Positions 1 through 10,136 are shown, numbered from the stretch's first letter. The stretch: DNA of 64,000 nt from an uncultured Chloroflexia bacterium (GCA_963757765.1 CAVWSL010000015.1:1392553-1456552), one strand, 5' to 3'. The notes: a model not told the origin generated them from the letters alone. A program made the numbers and translations.

Positions 1-263
1 GCCACTGAGACGGCCGAAGGCCGAGCCGAATCATCAGACGTCTCTGCCGCTCTGACTAGGAAGAGGGCCGCCCGTCTCGCCCGGTAGCGTCGTCCCGGTC
101 ATTGCCGAGTCCCCGGGCTCGAGGGTGTTGGGCGGCGCCCCGGTCGGGCCATTCGGCACTTGTCCGGAGGGTGACGATCCTGTTCTGCTGTCGCTGTCGG
201 GGCACGAACAACGGCACTCGACACGGGTGTCGCCTTCGCTGCCCCGCGGAGGAGGTCCCCGTC

Positions 264-1358
264 ATGCGCAGAGTCCCAGCCCTGGTGGTCGCGTTCGCGA
301 CCGTGGCAGCCTTCCCGGCCGTCGCGGCGGTCCCGACGGCGGCCAGATCCTGCACCTACACGTTCCCCGACGGGGGTGGCACGTACCCCCTCAACGGTGG
401 CATCGTCGTGGACGGTGATGTTATCTGCGGTGGCCCCGGCAACGATATCGTCGACGAAATGGCCGGAGGCACATTCGACGGCGGTGATGGCGATGACCAG
501 GTCGGGAGTGTGCTAGGTGGCACCTTCAACGGCGGCGACGGGAATGACGGCACAGAGGCCATGGCCCGGGGCACCTTCAACGGCGGCGCCGGCAATGACG
601 CGGTCTATAACCGCATGGGCGGCTACGCCACCTTCAACGGCGGCGCCGGCGATGACCACGCGGGCGAACTCGACGGCGGCAGGTTCGACGGCGGTGACGG
701 CGCCGACAATATCCACGACATGCGCGGCGGCACGTTCGACGGCGGTTCCGGCAACGACTGGGTGGCCAACCTGGAGGGCGGCACGTTCCACGGCGGCACC
801 GGCGATGACCGCGTCTTCTATGTCACGGGCTACTTCCAGGCCGACACCACGTTCGACGGTGGGCCCGGCGATGACTACGTCAAGGCCGGCATGAATGGCG
901 GCACCTTCAACGGTGGCCCCGGCGATGACTACGTCAACGCAGTGGACGGCATGAGCGGCGGCACCTTCAACGGTGGCCCCGGCGATGACTACGTCAACGC
1001 AGTGGACGGCATGACCGGTGGCACGTTCAATGGCGGCAGCGGTCGGGACCATGTCGCGGGCCTGATCGACGGCACGTTCGCCGGTGGGTCCGGTCGCGAC
1101 TACGTGACCACGATGACCGACGGCACGTTCAACGGGGGCTCTGGTCGCGACTACGTCAGGACCATGAACGGCGGCACGTTCAACGGCAGGAGCGGGCCGG
1201 ACCACGTCCGGACCATGAACGGCGGCACGTTCGCCGGGGGCTCCGGTCGCGACCACGTCCGGACCATGAACGGCGGCACGTTCGCCGGGGGCTCCGGTCG
1301 CGACTCGGTCGGCACCTATGCCGGCGGCACCTGCTCGTCGGTGACCGGTTGCCACTGA
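264..1358 (+). CDS. Secreted RTX-like calcium-binding beta-roll repeat protein (paralog 1)
   Basis: ATG at 264 is preceded by GGAGGAGG. The N-terminus is a signal peptide (MRRVPALVVAFATVAAFPAVAAVP), followed by the conserved CTYTFPDGGGTYPLNGG motif. About 16 tandem ~18-aa units GGTFNGG(P/S)G(D/N/R)D.V are of the GGxGxD RTX nonapeptide type. The longer ORF starting at 102 is an upstream extension with no signal peptide. Confidence 0.7.
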   Translation: MRRVPALVVAFATVAAFPAVAAVPTAARSCTYTFPDGGGTYPLNGGIVVDGDVICGGPGNDIVDEMAGGTFDGGDGDDQVGSVLGGTFNGGDGNDGTEAMARGTFNGGAGNDAVYNRMGGYATFNGGAGDDHAGELDGGRFDGGDGADNIHDMRGGTFDGGSGNDWVANLEGGTFHGGTGDDRVFYVTGYFQADTTFDGGPGDDYVKAGMNGGTFNGGPGDDYVNAVDGMSGGTFNGGPGDDYVNAVDGMTGGTFNGGSGRDHVAGLIDGTFAGGSGRDYVTTMTDGTFNGGSGRDYVRTMNGGTFNGRSGPDHVRTMNGGTFAGGSGRDHVRTMNGGTFAGGSGRDSVGTYAGGTCSSVTGCH

Positions 1359-1523
1359 GACGGCCGAAGGCCGGGCCGAAGCATCAGACTCCTCTGTGGC
1401 ACCTGAGCCGGCGGTAGCCCGCCTCGCCCCTCCGCGCCATCCCGGCTCGGCCGGGTTCCGACGGCAGCGTGCTGAGCGCTATCATCCGCGCCCCGGCGCC
1501 GCGCACCCGAGGAGGTCAGGACG

Positions 1524-1760
1524 ATGGACGAACTCGAGCAGTTGTGGGCAGCCGAGGATGCCGCGGGAGCCGTGCTCCGCGAACACATCCTCACCGGCTT
1601 CGCAGTCTCGAGGGGAGACGACCTCACGGGCGCCATCGGCAAGGCATCGGTCGACCCGTCCTCGGCCGAGTACCAGGCCCGGCACGCCGAGCTCCAGGAG
1701 GCACTCGACGAGGCGCGACAGGCATCGCGCGCCAGGGAGCGCGACATCCTGCGGTACTGA
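1524..1760 (+). CDS. Hypothetical small acidic protein (78 aa) between RTX-like paralogs
   Basis: Strong RBS GGAGGTCAGGACG-ATG. The ORF is compact with high third-position GC. I recognise no family. Confidence 0.45.
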   Translation: MDELEQLWAAEDAAGAVLREHILTGFAVSRGDDLTGAIGKASVDPSSAEYQARHAELQEALDEARQASRARERDILRY

Positions 1761-1937
1761 CCCTCGTTCGCCGCCGGTCGTGCAGACGCGCTCTGGAGCT
1801 GGCCCGTGCGCCAAGCAGCGTGGCCCTGGAGGGCCGGTGACCAAGCCATCGGTGGCGGGTCCATACTTCGCCGTGGTCGGCACCGCGGAGCCCGCCCTAC
1901 CCGAGCGGCGCGGCACCGGCCGAGGAGGATCAGCGCC

Positions 1938-2765
1938 ATGCGGAGAGCGGCAACGTTCCTGGTAGCGGTCGCGACGATGGCGACACCCGCGGCCATCACG
2001 CCGACGTTGGCCGCCGCCGCACATTGCACCTACACCTTCCCCGACGGAGGGGGCGCATACCCCCTCAACGGCGGGGTCGTGGTGGCTGGCGACGTCCTCT
2101 GCGGCGGTCCCGGCGATGACCATGTCCCGGCGATGACCGGAGGCCGGTTCTACGGCCGTGGCGGCGATGACCGGGTCGGGGACCTGTGGGCCGGCAGGTT
2201 CGTCGGGGGTCAGGGAGACGACGGGGTCCAGGACTTCCACGGGGGGACCTTCGATGGTGGCCTCGGCGACGACTACTTCAACAATATGTTCGGTGGCACG
2301 TTCGATGGCGGGCCCGGGAACGATGGCGGGAAGGATGACACCGGCACCGATGGCGTCCAGTACGGGGGCGTGTTCCGCGGCGGCCCCGGCAACGACGGGC
2401 CGTTCCGGATGAACGGCGGCATCTTCTACGGGGGTGCGGGCGACGATGGCCCCTGGCAGATGAACGGCGGCACGTTCTTCGGCGGTCCTGGTGACGATGT
2501 CGCGGGCGAGCACCAGAACGGCGGCGCGTTCTATGGCGGCAGCGGCGAGGACTTCTCCCGGGAGATGTACGGAGGCACCTTCCACGGCGGCAGCGGCAAC
2601 GACCGCGTGGAGCTCCTGCGTGCTGGTGGCACGTTCTACGGCAACGCCGGCAACGACGACGTCAGCTTCCTCTCGGGCACCTTCTTCGGCGGACCGGGAA
2701 GGGATACGGTCGCGCACTACAACAGCGGAGGGCAGTGCCACTCCGTCATCGACTGCCCCCGCTGA
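1938..2765 (+). CDS. Secreted RTX-like calcium-binding beta-roll repeat protein (paralog 2)
   Basis: ATG at 1938 is preceded by CGAGGAGG. It has a signal peptide (MRRAATFLVAVATMATPAAITPTLAAAA) and the same N-terminal CTYTFPDGGGAYPLNGG module as paralog 1. The GG.G.D repeats are more degenerate: GGTFDGG.GDD, GG.FYGG.GDD, and so on. Confidence 0.7.
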   Translation: MRRAATFLVAVATMATPAAITPTLAAAAHCTYTFPDGGGAYPLNGGVVVAGDVLCGGPGDDHVPAMTGGRFYGRGGDDRVGDLWAGRFVGGQGDDGVQDFHGGTFDGGLGDDYFNNMFGGTFDGGPGNDGGKDDTGTDGVQYGGVFRGGPGNDGPFRMNGGIFYGGAGDDGPWQMNGGTFFGGPGDDVAGEHQNGGAFYGGSGEDFSREMYGGTFHGGSGNDRVELLRAGGTFYGNAGNDDVSFLSGTFFGGPGRDTVAHYNSGGQCHSVIDCPR

Positions 2766-3254
2766 CGAGCGAACATCGATACGCAGACCAGGAGTTCCCG
2801 GCTGTCCGGACGACGAATGCACACCGATCGGTAGCCGTCGTCGGAGCGGCCCCGGGGATCGGCATCCGGCCAGATCCCCAGCTCTTGAGGTGCCGGCCGA
2901 CAGCGTCCGCCGCACCGCGGGCTCCGGCCGACTATGCTGCGAGCCCCGCCCTACGATGCAGAAGGGTTCAGGCGTGGCAGAGCCCGATCGGGACGAGGTC
3001 CACCGACGCCTCGCCGCGCGCCGCCGGCGCGCGGCGAGGCGGCGCCGTCCTGCCGGGACTCATCGCCATCGCGGTGGGCGCGGTGCGCGGGCAGGGTGGG
3101 GACGTGCTGTCCATGGTCCTGGTGGGTGTCGGTGTCGGCGTGACCGCGGCCGGCATCATCGGCATGGCCGGCGAGTTCGCCCACAAGGGACCTGGCCCGA
3201 CCGATGCCCCGCCGACCCCGGTCGATGCCGGTCGCCCGATGTCCACCGCGCCCG

Positions 3255-4283
3255 TCACTTCGCGACAGTGAGACCCGCGATCGGGATACGACGCGCGGCA
3301 TAGGGCGGCTCGTAGATCACCTCGTCGATGACCGCGTCCTCGGATCGCGAAGCCGACGACCCCCGATGTCCGGTCATCAGGGCCCATCCGCCGGTTCGCG
3401 ACCTCCCTGGTCGGCGCATCCGGCGGGAGGGCGATCTCGGTGTATCCCCACTGGTTGCCGTCGGTGTCATGGAGCACGATGAACCAGGGCGCGGACTGGA
3501 ACGGCTTGGCGGGGTCGGCCTCGAAGACCACGTCGACGAGCACGTAGCGCAGGTCGGGATCGAGCGTCGCGCCGGTGGGTGGGCTGCCGGGGGCCAGGCT
3601 GGTTCCCGGCGCGTCGGGGGCCAGCGACGCCTGGGGCACGAATGGCGTGAACGGATCGGTGATGCCGCTGACCGTCAGGGTGCCCGCGGCGCTGCCATCG
3701 GGGCTGACGTCGGAGACGGGGGTCCCCAGCGCCGGCACCTCGTTGGGCAGCTGGTCGAGGATCGTGAGCAGACGGGCACCGGTCTCCGGCCGATACTGGA
3801 TCGTGGGGTCCTCGGCAGGCTGCGGGCTGTACAGGATCTCATCGATGACCGCATCCGTGGGCAGGGCGTATCCGATCACGCCTGTCACCCGGTCGCCGGG
3901 TGCGAGTCCCTGGTCGCTGACCGAGGGTGGCAGCGCATCGGCCGGCCGATTGATGTCCGTGGCTCCCAGATGAACCCGTCGCTGTCCTGGATGACGATCC
4001 GCGAGGGTTGTGCATCGAAGGGCTTGTCCGAGTGCGCCTCGAACCGCACCGTGAGTTCCACGTACCGCTGATCGGGACCTGGCGGGTCGTCGGGAGTGAA
4101 GCCGGTGAACGGATCCTCGATCTGGCGTACGGTGATGGTGCCGGCCTGAGTGCCATCGCTGGTGGAGTATTCGAGGACCGCATCCGGTCCGCCAGTGGCA
4201 CCCTGAGCGAGCATCTGGCTCGGGCTCCCGGCCGACAGCCCGAGCGCGAGCAGGAGCGGCACGGCGGCGGCAGCGCGGGACAT
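3255..4283 (-). pseudogene. Secreted triple-repeat beta-sandwich-like protein, possibly DUF4352-like, disrupted by two frameshifts
   Basis: The signal peptide is MSRAAAAVPLLLALGLSAGS at 4283. Three ~110-aa repeats are recognisable (…TITVRQIEDPFTGFTPDD…RIVIQDSDGFIWEP / …TLTVSGITDPFTPFVPQ…FIVLHDTDGNQWGY / …DAVIDEVIYEPP…). They are spread over three frames: ORFs 3885-4283, the middle of 2968-4353, and 3255-3470. The frame changes map to about 3965 and 3365, each just after the conserved aromatic of repeats 1 and 2. The site near 3365 sits at a C5 homopolymer. Confidence 0.5.
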
Positions 4284-4992
4284 GAGACCAGGACCTCCAG
4301 GGATGCGACGGAGACTTCAGGCACCTAACGGACGCCGGCGCCGAGGCTACCACGACCTTCCGCAGACCGATCCCGGTCGCGGCGATTGTCAGTGACGCGA
4401 GTCAACACGCGGACAGACACACCTGATCGGCAGCCGCGCGGGACTATGGCCGCCTGCAAGGCATGGCAATTTGGGGTAGTCCTGTGCCTAGTTATCGACC
4501 CCCCCGCACCCGTTGACGCCGAGCGCCAGAGACCGCACCCCCCAGGTACTCGCCTAGACGCCGACGGGATACCGTCCGGAATATGAAAGGTAGCCTTGAC
4601 CCGCTCAAACTGCTCCGGCGCCAGACGATCGAAGCGACACCGCAAACCGGACTTCGTTGCGATCCCGCTTCGGAAGGAGGTGACCGGCAGTGACCGCACT
4701 CGCGATCTGGTCCTCCTCGTGCTGTTCGCGCTGATGGCTATCGCGGCGTTCGCAATCGGGCGATGGTATGAGCAGACAAATCCGTCTTCGGCGGTCGCTC
4801 GGAGCGACCCGCAGCGAGTGGCACGCTCGGCGTCGACCCGCTCCGGAACGACGGCTAGGACGGCCTGGCTGCGACCCCGTGCGCGAGGGAATCGTGCGCG
4901 GTAGCAGGACCCTGAACCGCACTGGGTTCCATGGAGACTCTGGGCTGCCCTTGGTTCGCATCGCGGAACCTGGCAAGCCCGGTGAGACACGG

Positions 4993-5755
4993 CGTCAGGC
5001 GATGCTCTGTCCCTCGACCTCCTTGGGCTTGTTGATCCAGGCGGGGCCGGGCAAGGCTGGCGGCTCCGGCGGCTTGTTGACGAACCGCTCGGGGTGCGCA
5101 GCGTAGGCGGCGTCCAGGACCAGGGCACGTTCCGCCCGGACCGTGGCCGCGGTGCCGAAGGGGACCGACGCGGGTGTGTGCTAGCCGATCCCCGAATGGC
5201 GGTGATGGTGGTCGCAGGTGTCCAGGAACCCGCCTGCGAACTGCCGCGCATATTCGGTCGAACCGAAGCTGCCGGGGAAGTCCGGGCCGTACTTGATGGT
5301 CTTGAAGGCCGCCTCGGAGTAGGCGTTGTCATTGGACACGTGGGGCCGGGAGTGGGTCCGACCGATGCCCAGGTCCGCGAGCAGCTGGGATGCGGGCTTG
5401 GAGGTCATCGCGCTGCCCCGGTCGGCATGGATGACCAGACGCCCGGGCTCCGCCGGACGGTGGCTGGCCACCACCCGTTCGATCCAGTCACAGACCACCT
5501 CGGCACGCTCACCCTCCTTGACCATCCAGCCGGGGCTGTAGCGGCTGAAGATGTCGAGCATCACGAAAGCGTGTCGAGGACGGTCGCCCGCTCATCGGGC
5601 GAGAGCGCACGGGCCGGAGTCCGGCGGGGGGCGGGCGGACCGAGGCGCGGGCCGAGAAGGCCCCGGTAGTGGGTCGCGCGAGCGACATCGAACGCGGCGC
5701 ACGCGGCGCTGGTGCCCACCACGGGCGCCAGCTCGCTGACCGCAGAGGCGATCAA
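4993..5755 (-). pseudogene. IS3-family transposase OrfB (DDE/rve) remnant
   Basis: Contains the SNDN.YSEA.FKT.KY and HHHRHSGIG-x-HTPA motifs typical of IS3-family OrfB. It is interrupted by an in-frame TAG at 5181 and a frame break near 5561-5564. Confidence 0.55.
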
Positions 5756-6108
5756 CGCCCGTCCTTCGGATCGGCGCTCCCGAGGGAGAGCTCCCGCAAG
5801 AGCGCCGAGACGTTTCCCTGGACGGCGATCACCTTCTCGGCCCGCTCCAGCCGCGTGCGGAGCCGCTCCACCTGTCCGCGCAGGCGCTCGTTCTCGGCCT
5901 CCAGCGGATCGGCGGCCGGGCCCCGGGACGCCGAGGGCCTGAGCCTAGGCCGCCGGAGCCGGCGACACAGTGGCTGCTGTAGAGGCCGTCGCGGCGGAGC
6001 AGCGCACCCGGGCGCCGGGCGTCGTGCAGCGCTCGAGCTCATCGAGGATGGCCGCCTTTTAGGCCGCCGTGAACACTCCGCGCTTGGGTCGCTCGACTAC
6101 CTCGGGGT
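5752..6108 (-). pseudogene. IS3-family transposase OrfA remnant
   Basis: C-terminal coiled coil/leucine zipper (ENERLRGQVERLRTRLERAEK) typical of IS3 OrfA. The upstream HTH part is in another frame and contains an in-frame TAA (…GVFTAA*KAAILDE…). Confidence 0.5.
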
Positions 6109-6877
6109 CCGGGTCCTGGTCCATCGGCCAAGGATGCGTCGGCCGAAACTGGTGCTGGTGAGATGGCCATGGGAAGTCTCCTTCCCGCCCTCGGTCAGTG
6201 ATCAGTGGAGGTCGGGTGTCTCACCGGAGCCTGGCAGCGAGGGGAACGGCTCCGGGAGCCATCCGCAGAGCGACCGGGGCAACGTCTGGGCCCACCGGCT
6301 TTACGACGACATCTGGTCAGGCGCGGATCGTTAGGGCCCAATGACCCGCAGCTCCTCGGCCGCGACCGGGACTGACCAGCCGAGCCGGAGAGCATGAATC
6401 GCGAGCAACAAAGTCGACTGTACTCGTTGATGTGCATCGAAGGACTGGCCGCGAGAGTGGCCCGCGCATTCGGGCTTCGACAACCCGAACGTCGCGGGGG
6501 AGACTCTTGTTTGTCAACGACGTGCCGGGTGACTACAGCCAGGACCCGCCGCCTTCACCATCAGGGCTATCCTTGACGGCTCCGGGTTTGCGCCCGAAAT
6601 TTGCCACCGGACCGACTGCCCCGGCGTCACCCGCCAAGGCTAGCAGTGGCTTGGCGAGGATCTCGTCGCTGCTGCGCGTTGGACGGGAACCCACCGAGCC
6701 CTGAACCACTGCCCCGTCGAGGCATGGACCGAGATCGCTGGGACGAAACGCCGTGGAAAGATGCCCAGTCCGATAGCCTCGCAGCGCGACAGCGCCGTGG
6801 CACTTCGTCGTCCGTCTGTGCAAGGCATTGGGGGCTGCTCGGCATTCCCGTCAAGCCAGACCGGCCCGAACAAACGA

Positions 6878-9527
6878 CTATTGCTTGGAGATGCGGACGT
6901 TGCCGCTAAACGTGATAGAACCCGAACCAGGGAAGTCCGCGGTAGTCGCCGTGTCCGATACGTTGTTCCGGACGATCACAGTGGCCGTGTTGCGAATGGT
7001 CATGCGGAGCCAGTCGCCAGTCACGTTCTCGACGCTGATGGATGGCTTGGTATTGGTCGAATAGCCTGCTGCTGCTACAGCGTAGCAGGTGCAGTAGGCA
7101 CTGGCCGCCGACAAGTCGCCCGTGTGTCGAATGTCGACGCCATCAACGACACCGCGGATGCTGGCCGCACCTGTCGCGTCGTTCACCTCGAAGTCGATGG
7201 CATGTAGGCCTGTGTACGCCACGTGGCCACCACGAATTGTGACCTGACCCGCCACTGGCGCAATACCATTGCGGGACGCGCGCTCGATGTCTGGATTGCT
7301 GATGACGACTCCTGTGGCTGGCTGGTTGTTGCCCGTCGAGTAACCCACATAGATGCCGTCGCCGCGGGTATCACGTGTTACCGGGCGGTTTAGGGTGATG
7401 TCCGATCCGCCGTCAACCTTGATGCCTGATTCCCCCTGGTTACCGCTGTCCCAAGCGTAGCCCGTGCCATAGACGGTCGGATCGTTCAGTACCACGTTGG
7501 TCGATGTCACCACACGCAGGATCCCACTTGCTCCCTTAAGGCTGCCCTGAAGCCGTGATCCTCGGAAGTCGACCGTGAGACCAGTTGCGGTGAAGGACAG
7601 CTGGGTGACCTTGTAGATGCCGTTCTTGGCCAGCGCCACGCGCTCGCCGTTGTGGGACTGGAGGAACGTGCGGAGGGCCGATGTAACGTCTGAGGCGCCA
7701 GTGGCGTCCCCAGCGAAGACCGCCGCATAGGTCGTAGCCGGGGTCGGCGTGGGCGCTGGGGTCGGCGTCGGCTTGGGCGTGGGCGTCGGCGTGGGCGCTG
7801 GGGTCGGCGTCGGCTTGGGCGTGGGCGTCGGCGTGGGCGCTGGGGTCGGCGTCGGCTTGGGCGTGGGCGTCGGCGTGGGCGCTGGGGTCGGCGTCGGCTT
7901 GGGCGTGGGCGTCGGCGTGGGCGTGGGCGTCGGCGTCGGCGTCGGCGTCGGCGTGGGCGTGGGCGTCGGCGTCGGCGTCGGCGTGGGCGTGGGCGTCGGC
8001 GTCGGCGTCGGCGTCGGCGTGGGCGTGGGCTCGGGGTCGGCGTCGGCGTCGGCGTGGGCGTCGGCGTCGGCGTCGGCGTCGGCGTGGGCTTCGGTGTCGG
8101 TGTCGGTGTCGGGGTCGGCGTCGGGGTCGGCGTCGGCGTCGGGGTCGGCGTCGGGCGTCGGCGTCGGCGTGGGCTTCGGCGTCGGGGTCGGCGTCGGGTC
8201 GGGGGCGGCCTTGGGTCGCCGGGGTCGGGGTCGGCGTCGGGTCGGCGGCCTTGGGTGCCGGCGTCGGGGTCGGCGTCGGGTCGGGCGGCCTTGGGTGCCG
8301 GCGTCGGGGTCGGCGTCGGGTCGGCGGCCTTGGGTCCGGCGTCGGCGTCGGCGTCGGGTCGGCGGCCTTGGGCGTCGGGGTCGGCTCGGGGGCTGGCGCA
8401 GCTTCCGATGGTGCATCGGTTACGTGGAACGTCCGCGTGAGCAGCGTGTTCCCATCGGCGTCGCGAGCCCCAATGGAGTGGTCCCCGACCGACGCGTCGT
8501 CGGGGACCTGCATCGTGACCGTGTCGCTGCCGCTTGCGCTCGCGGAGTAGCTCGGCATGCCGTCGATCGATCCATCGAACTCGATGTCGCCCGACGTTCG
8601 ACTGCCGAGACCGGAGAGGGAGAGCTTGACCGTCGTCGACGCCGGTCCGACATCGGTGGATAGCTTCATCCGGGGTGTGACTCGTGGCGTGGCCTTCGGC
8701 AGGGGCGTCTTGGTCACGACACGAGGTTTGGGCGTGGCGATGACGCGAGAGCGTGGCGCGACCGACAGGCTGTCGACCGCCAGGTTGTCGAGGGTGACGC
8801 CGACGGGAGCCGTTGTGGCATCAGTCGCGAGGGTGGTGCGCACGCCCACCTTGCCGGCCGCTGTCAGGGCGTTGCCGGGATCGGGGCGCTTGAGCTGCCA
8901 TCCGGCCGGTTCCGCGCGACCCGCCGTCCAGACTCGCGCCCGGAACATGACCGGGCTGCTGCCGCTGACCCGCGCACGGACCGCGATCCCGCTGCCCGGG
9001 CTGACCCGTACGCCGTGGACTCGGATCTCGTTCCCGATCACTCGGACCGAGCCCGACCGGACGCGGATCACGCTCAGCCAGACCGATCCGTCGTCGGCGA
9101 TCCGCGTCCGGATCTGGTACTGGTTGCCATTCCCACGGCTTCGGAAGACGGCCGAGACGGTCACGCCACCGCGATCGGCGACCTTTGGGATGCCGACACG
9201 GAACTTGACCACGGCGTCGCGGACGGAAAGGCTCGACAGCATCATGTCCGCCTGGGCGCCGGGACGCTTGAGGGTGATGCGGCCCTTGCCGCCAGCGACA
9301 CGGAACGCAACCCCACGTCCGGTGGTCTGATAGCGCCCACCCTGGTCAGCTTTCCCCCAAGCCGCGCTCACGGCGCGGGAGAACGAGTCGCGCGCGACCG
9401 TGGTCCGTCTCGAGGGCGCGGCGAACCCCTCGAAGGGTACGGCAAGCGCCACGGCGGCGATCACCACGAGCACCATCAGGCGCATCGTCCGGACATAGAT
9501 GTAGTCAGACAAGTGCAAGCGACTCAC
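6878..9527 (-). CDS. Secreted multidomain protein: N-terminal beta-sandwich/Ig-like domains, PT-rich linker, C-terminal right-handed beta-helix (pectate-lyase fold); frame drifts inside the linker
   Basis: ORF 7536-9527 starts with a signal peptide ([24 protein letters not shown]) and carries the globular domains. ORF 6878-8416 carries (PT)n/[13 protein letters not shown] and then a beta-helix-like C-terminus (…NGIYKV…[15 protein letters not shown]…[11 protein letters not shown]…VISNPDIE…). The two ORFs are in different frames and meet within the 7740-8420 GTCGGC/GTGGGC hexanucleotide array. At least two frame changes occur between 8030 and 8420. Confidence 0.55.
7740..8420. repeat. Pro-Thr-encoding hexanucleotide microsatellite, (GTCGGC/GTGGGC)n on +, about 110 units
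   Basis: Direct reading shows near-perfect tandem GTCGGCGTCGGCGTGGGC. All three minus-strand frames read low-complexity PT/AD/RR, and the antisense reads GVGVG. Confidence 0.85.
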
Positions 9528-10136
9528 GGCTCGCTCCCTTCGTGGCCAGGGGGGCGCTGGGGCGCCTCCTCCGGTGGGGTCCGTCCTGTGCTGAGGTCAT
9601 AGGAACGCGACGACTGTCGTCAGAACCTGACAGGCCGGGCCCGGCCAGACATAGAGGGCTTATGGTCCGGTGGGGCCGGTACGCATCGGCTGCGGTGCGG
9701 TGACGTCGCCCAGGGCGAATCGGAGCCCGTGGTTGCCGGATCCGGGTGGGGACCTCTGGTCGTGGTCGCCGCTTCGGCGACCGGCGGGACACCCGCCAGG
9801 ACCGACCGTTGGTGGGTGTGGCACGCACGCACCACCTCCCCACCAGGAGTACGTCCCCCGTGACGCATAAGTACTAGTCAAGAACCGCGTAAGGGATTAC
9901 CGTTGATACCTCAGCGCATGGATGCCCAGCACAGCCGTCGGTCCCAGAAACCGTCGGCATCGCTCGCTCGAAACTGGCGGGATGTCCACGGCAGGTCATT
10001 TGGTGACCCCAGTCGCGCTGGATAGAGGGCACGGTATTGACACTCCGCGACTCCATACGAACCACCATCGGGCGAGGCGCCGGGCCGGTGCCGACCGCGA
10101 CACCTGCGCGGCCGATTCACGCGCCCGGACTTCGAT

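Larger units (their letters stand above)
4990..6110 (-). mobile_element. Decayed IS3-family insertion sequence (orfA+orfB with nonsense and frameshift lesions)
   Basis: OrfA pieces: MDQDPDPEVVERPKRGVFTAA-[TAA]-KAAILDE… at about 6030-6110. A leucine-zipper tail LEAENERLRGQVERLRTRLERAEKVIAVQG sits in ORF 5752-6042. OrfB (rve integrase core) pieces: …ALSPDERATVLDTLS at 5561-5755, and …IHADRGS…SNDNAYSEAAFKTIKYGPDFPGSF…HHHRHSGIG at 5181-5564. An in-frame TAG is then followed by HTPASVPFGTAATVRAERALVLDAAYAAHPERFVNKPPEPP down to about 4993. No intact reading frame survives and the ends (IRs) were not identified. Confidence 0.6.

Noticed and set aside
102-263. Upstream extension of RTX paralog 1 to the ATG at 102
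   Set aside because: The extension is hydrophilic and Arg-rich and has no signal peptide. The Met at 264 has a GGAGGAGG RBS and starts a canonical signal peptide, as in paralog 2.
2968-4353. 461-aa minus-strand ORF as a single gene
   Set aside because: It is a composite. Only its middle section encodes a recognisable repeat domain. Its N- and C-terminal parts are Arg/Pro-rich GC artefacts, and the real gene (3255-4283) switches among three frames.
4325-5332. 335-aa minus ORF
   Set aside because: Arg/Ser/Pro-rich low-complexity translation, typical of a wrong frame in high-GC DNA. It overlaps the IS remnant in a non-homologous frame.
7749-8663. 304-aa plus ORF made of [11 protein letters not shown] repeats
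   Set aside because: Antisense reading of the PT-linker microsatellite of the secreted beta-helix gene.
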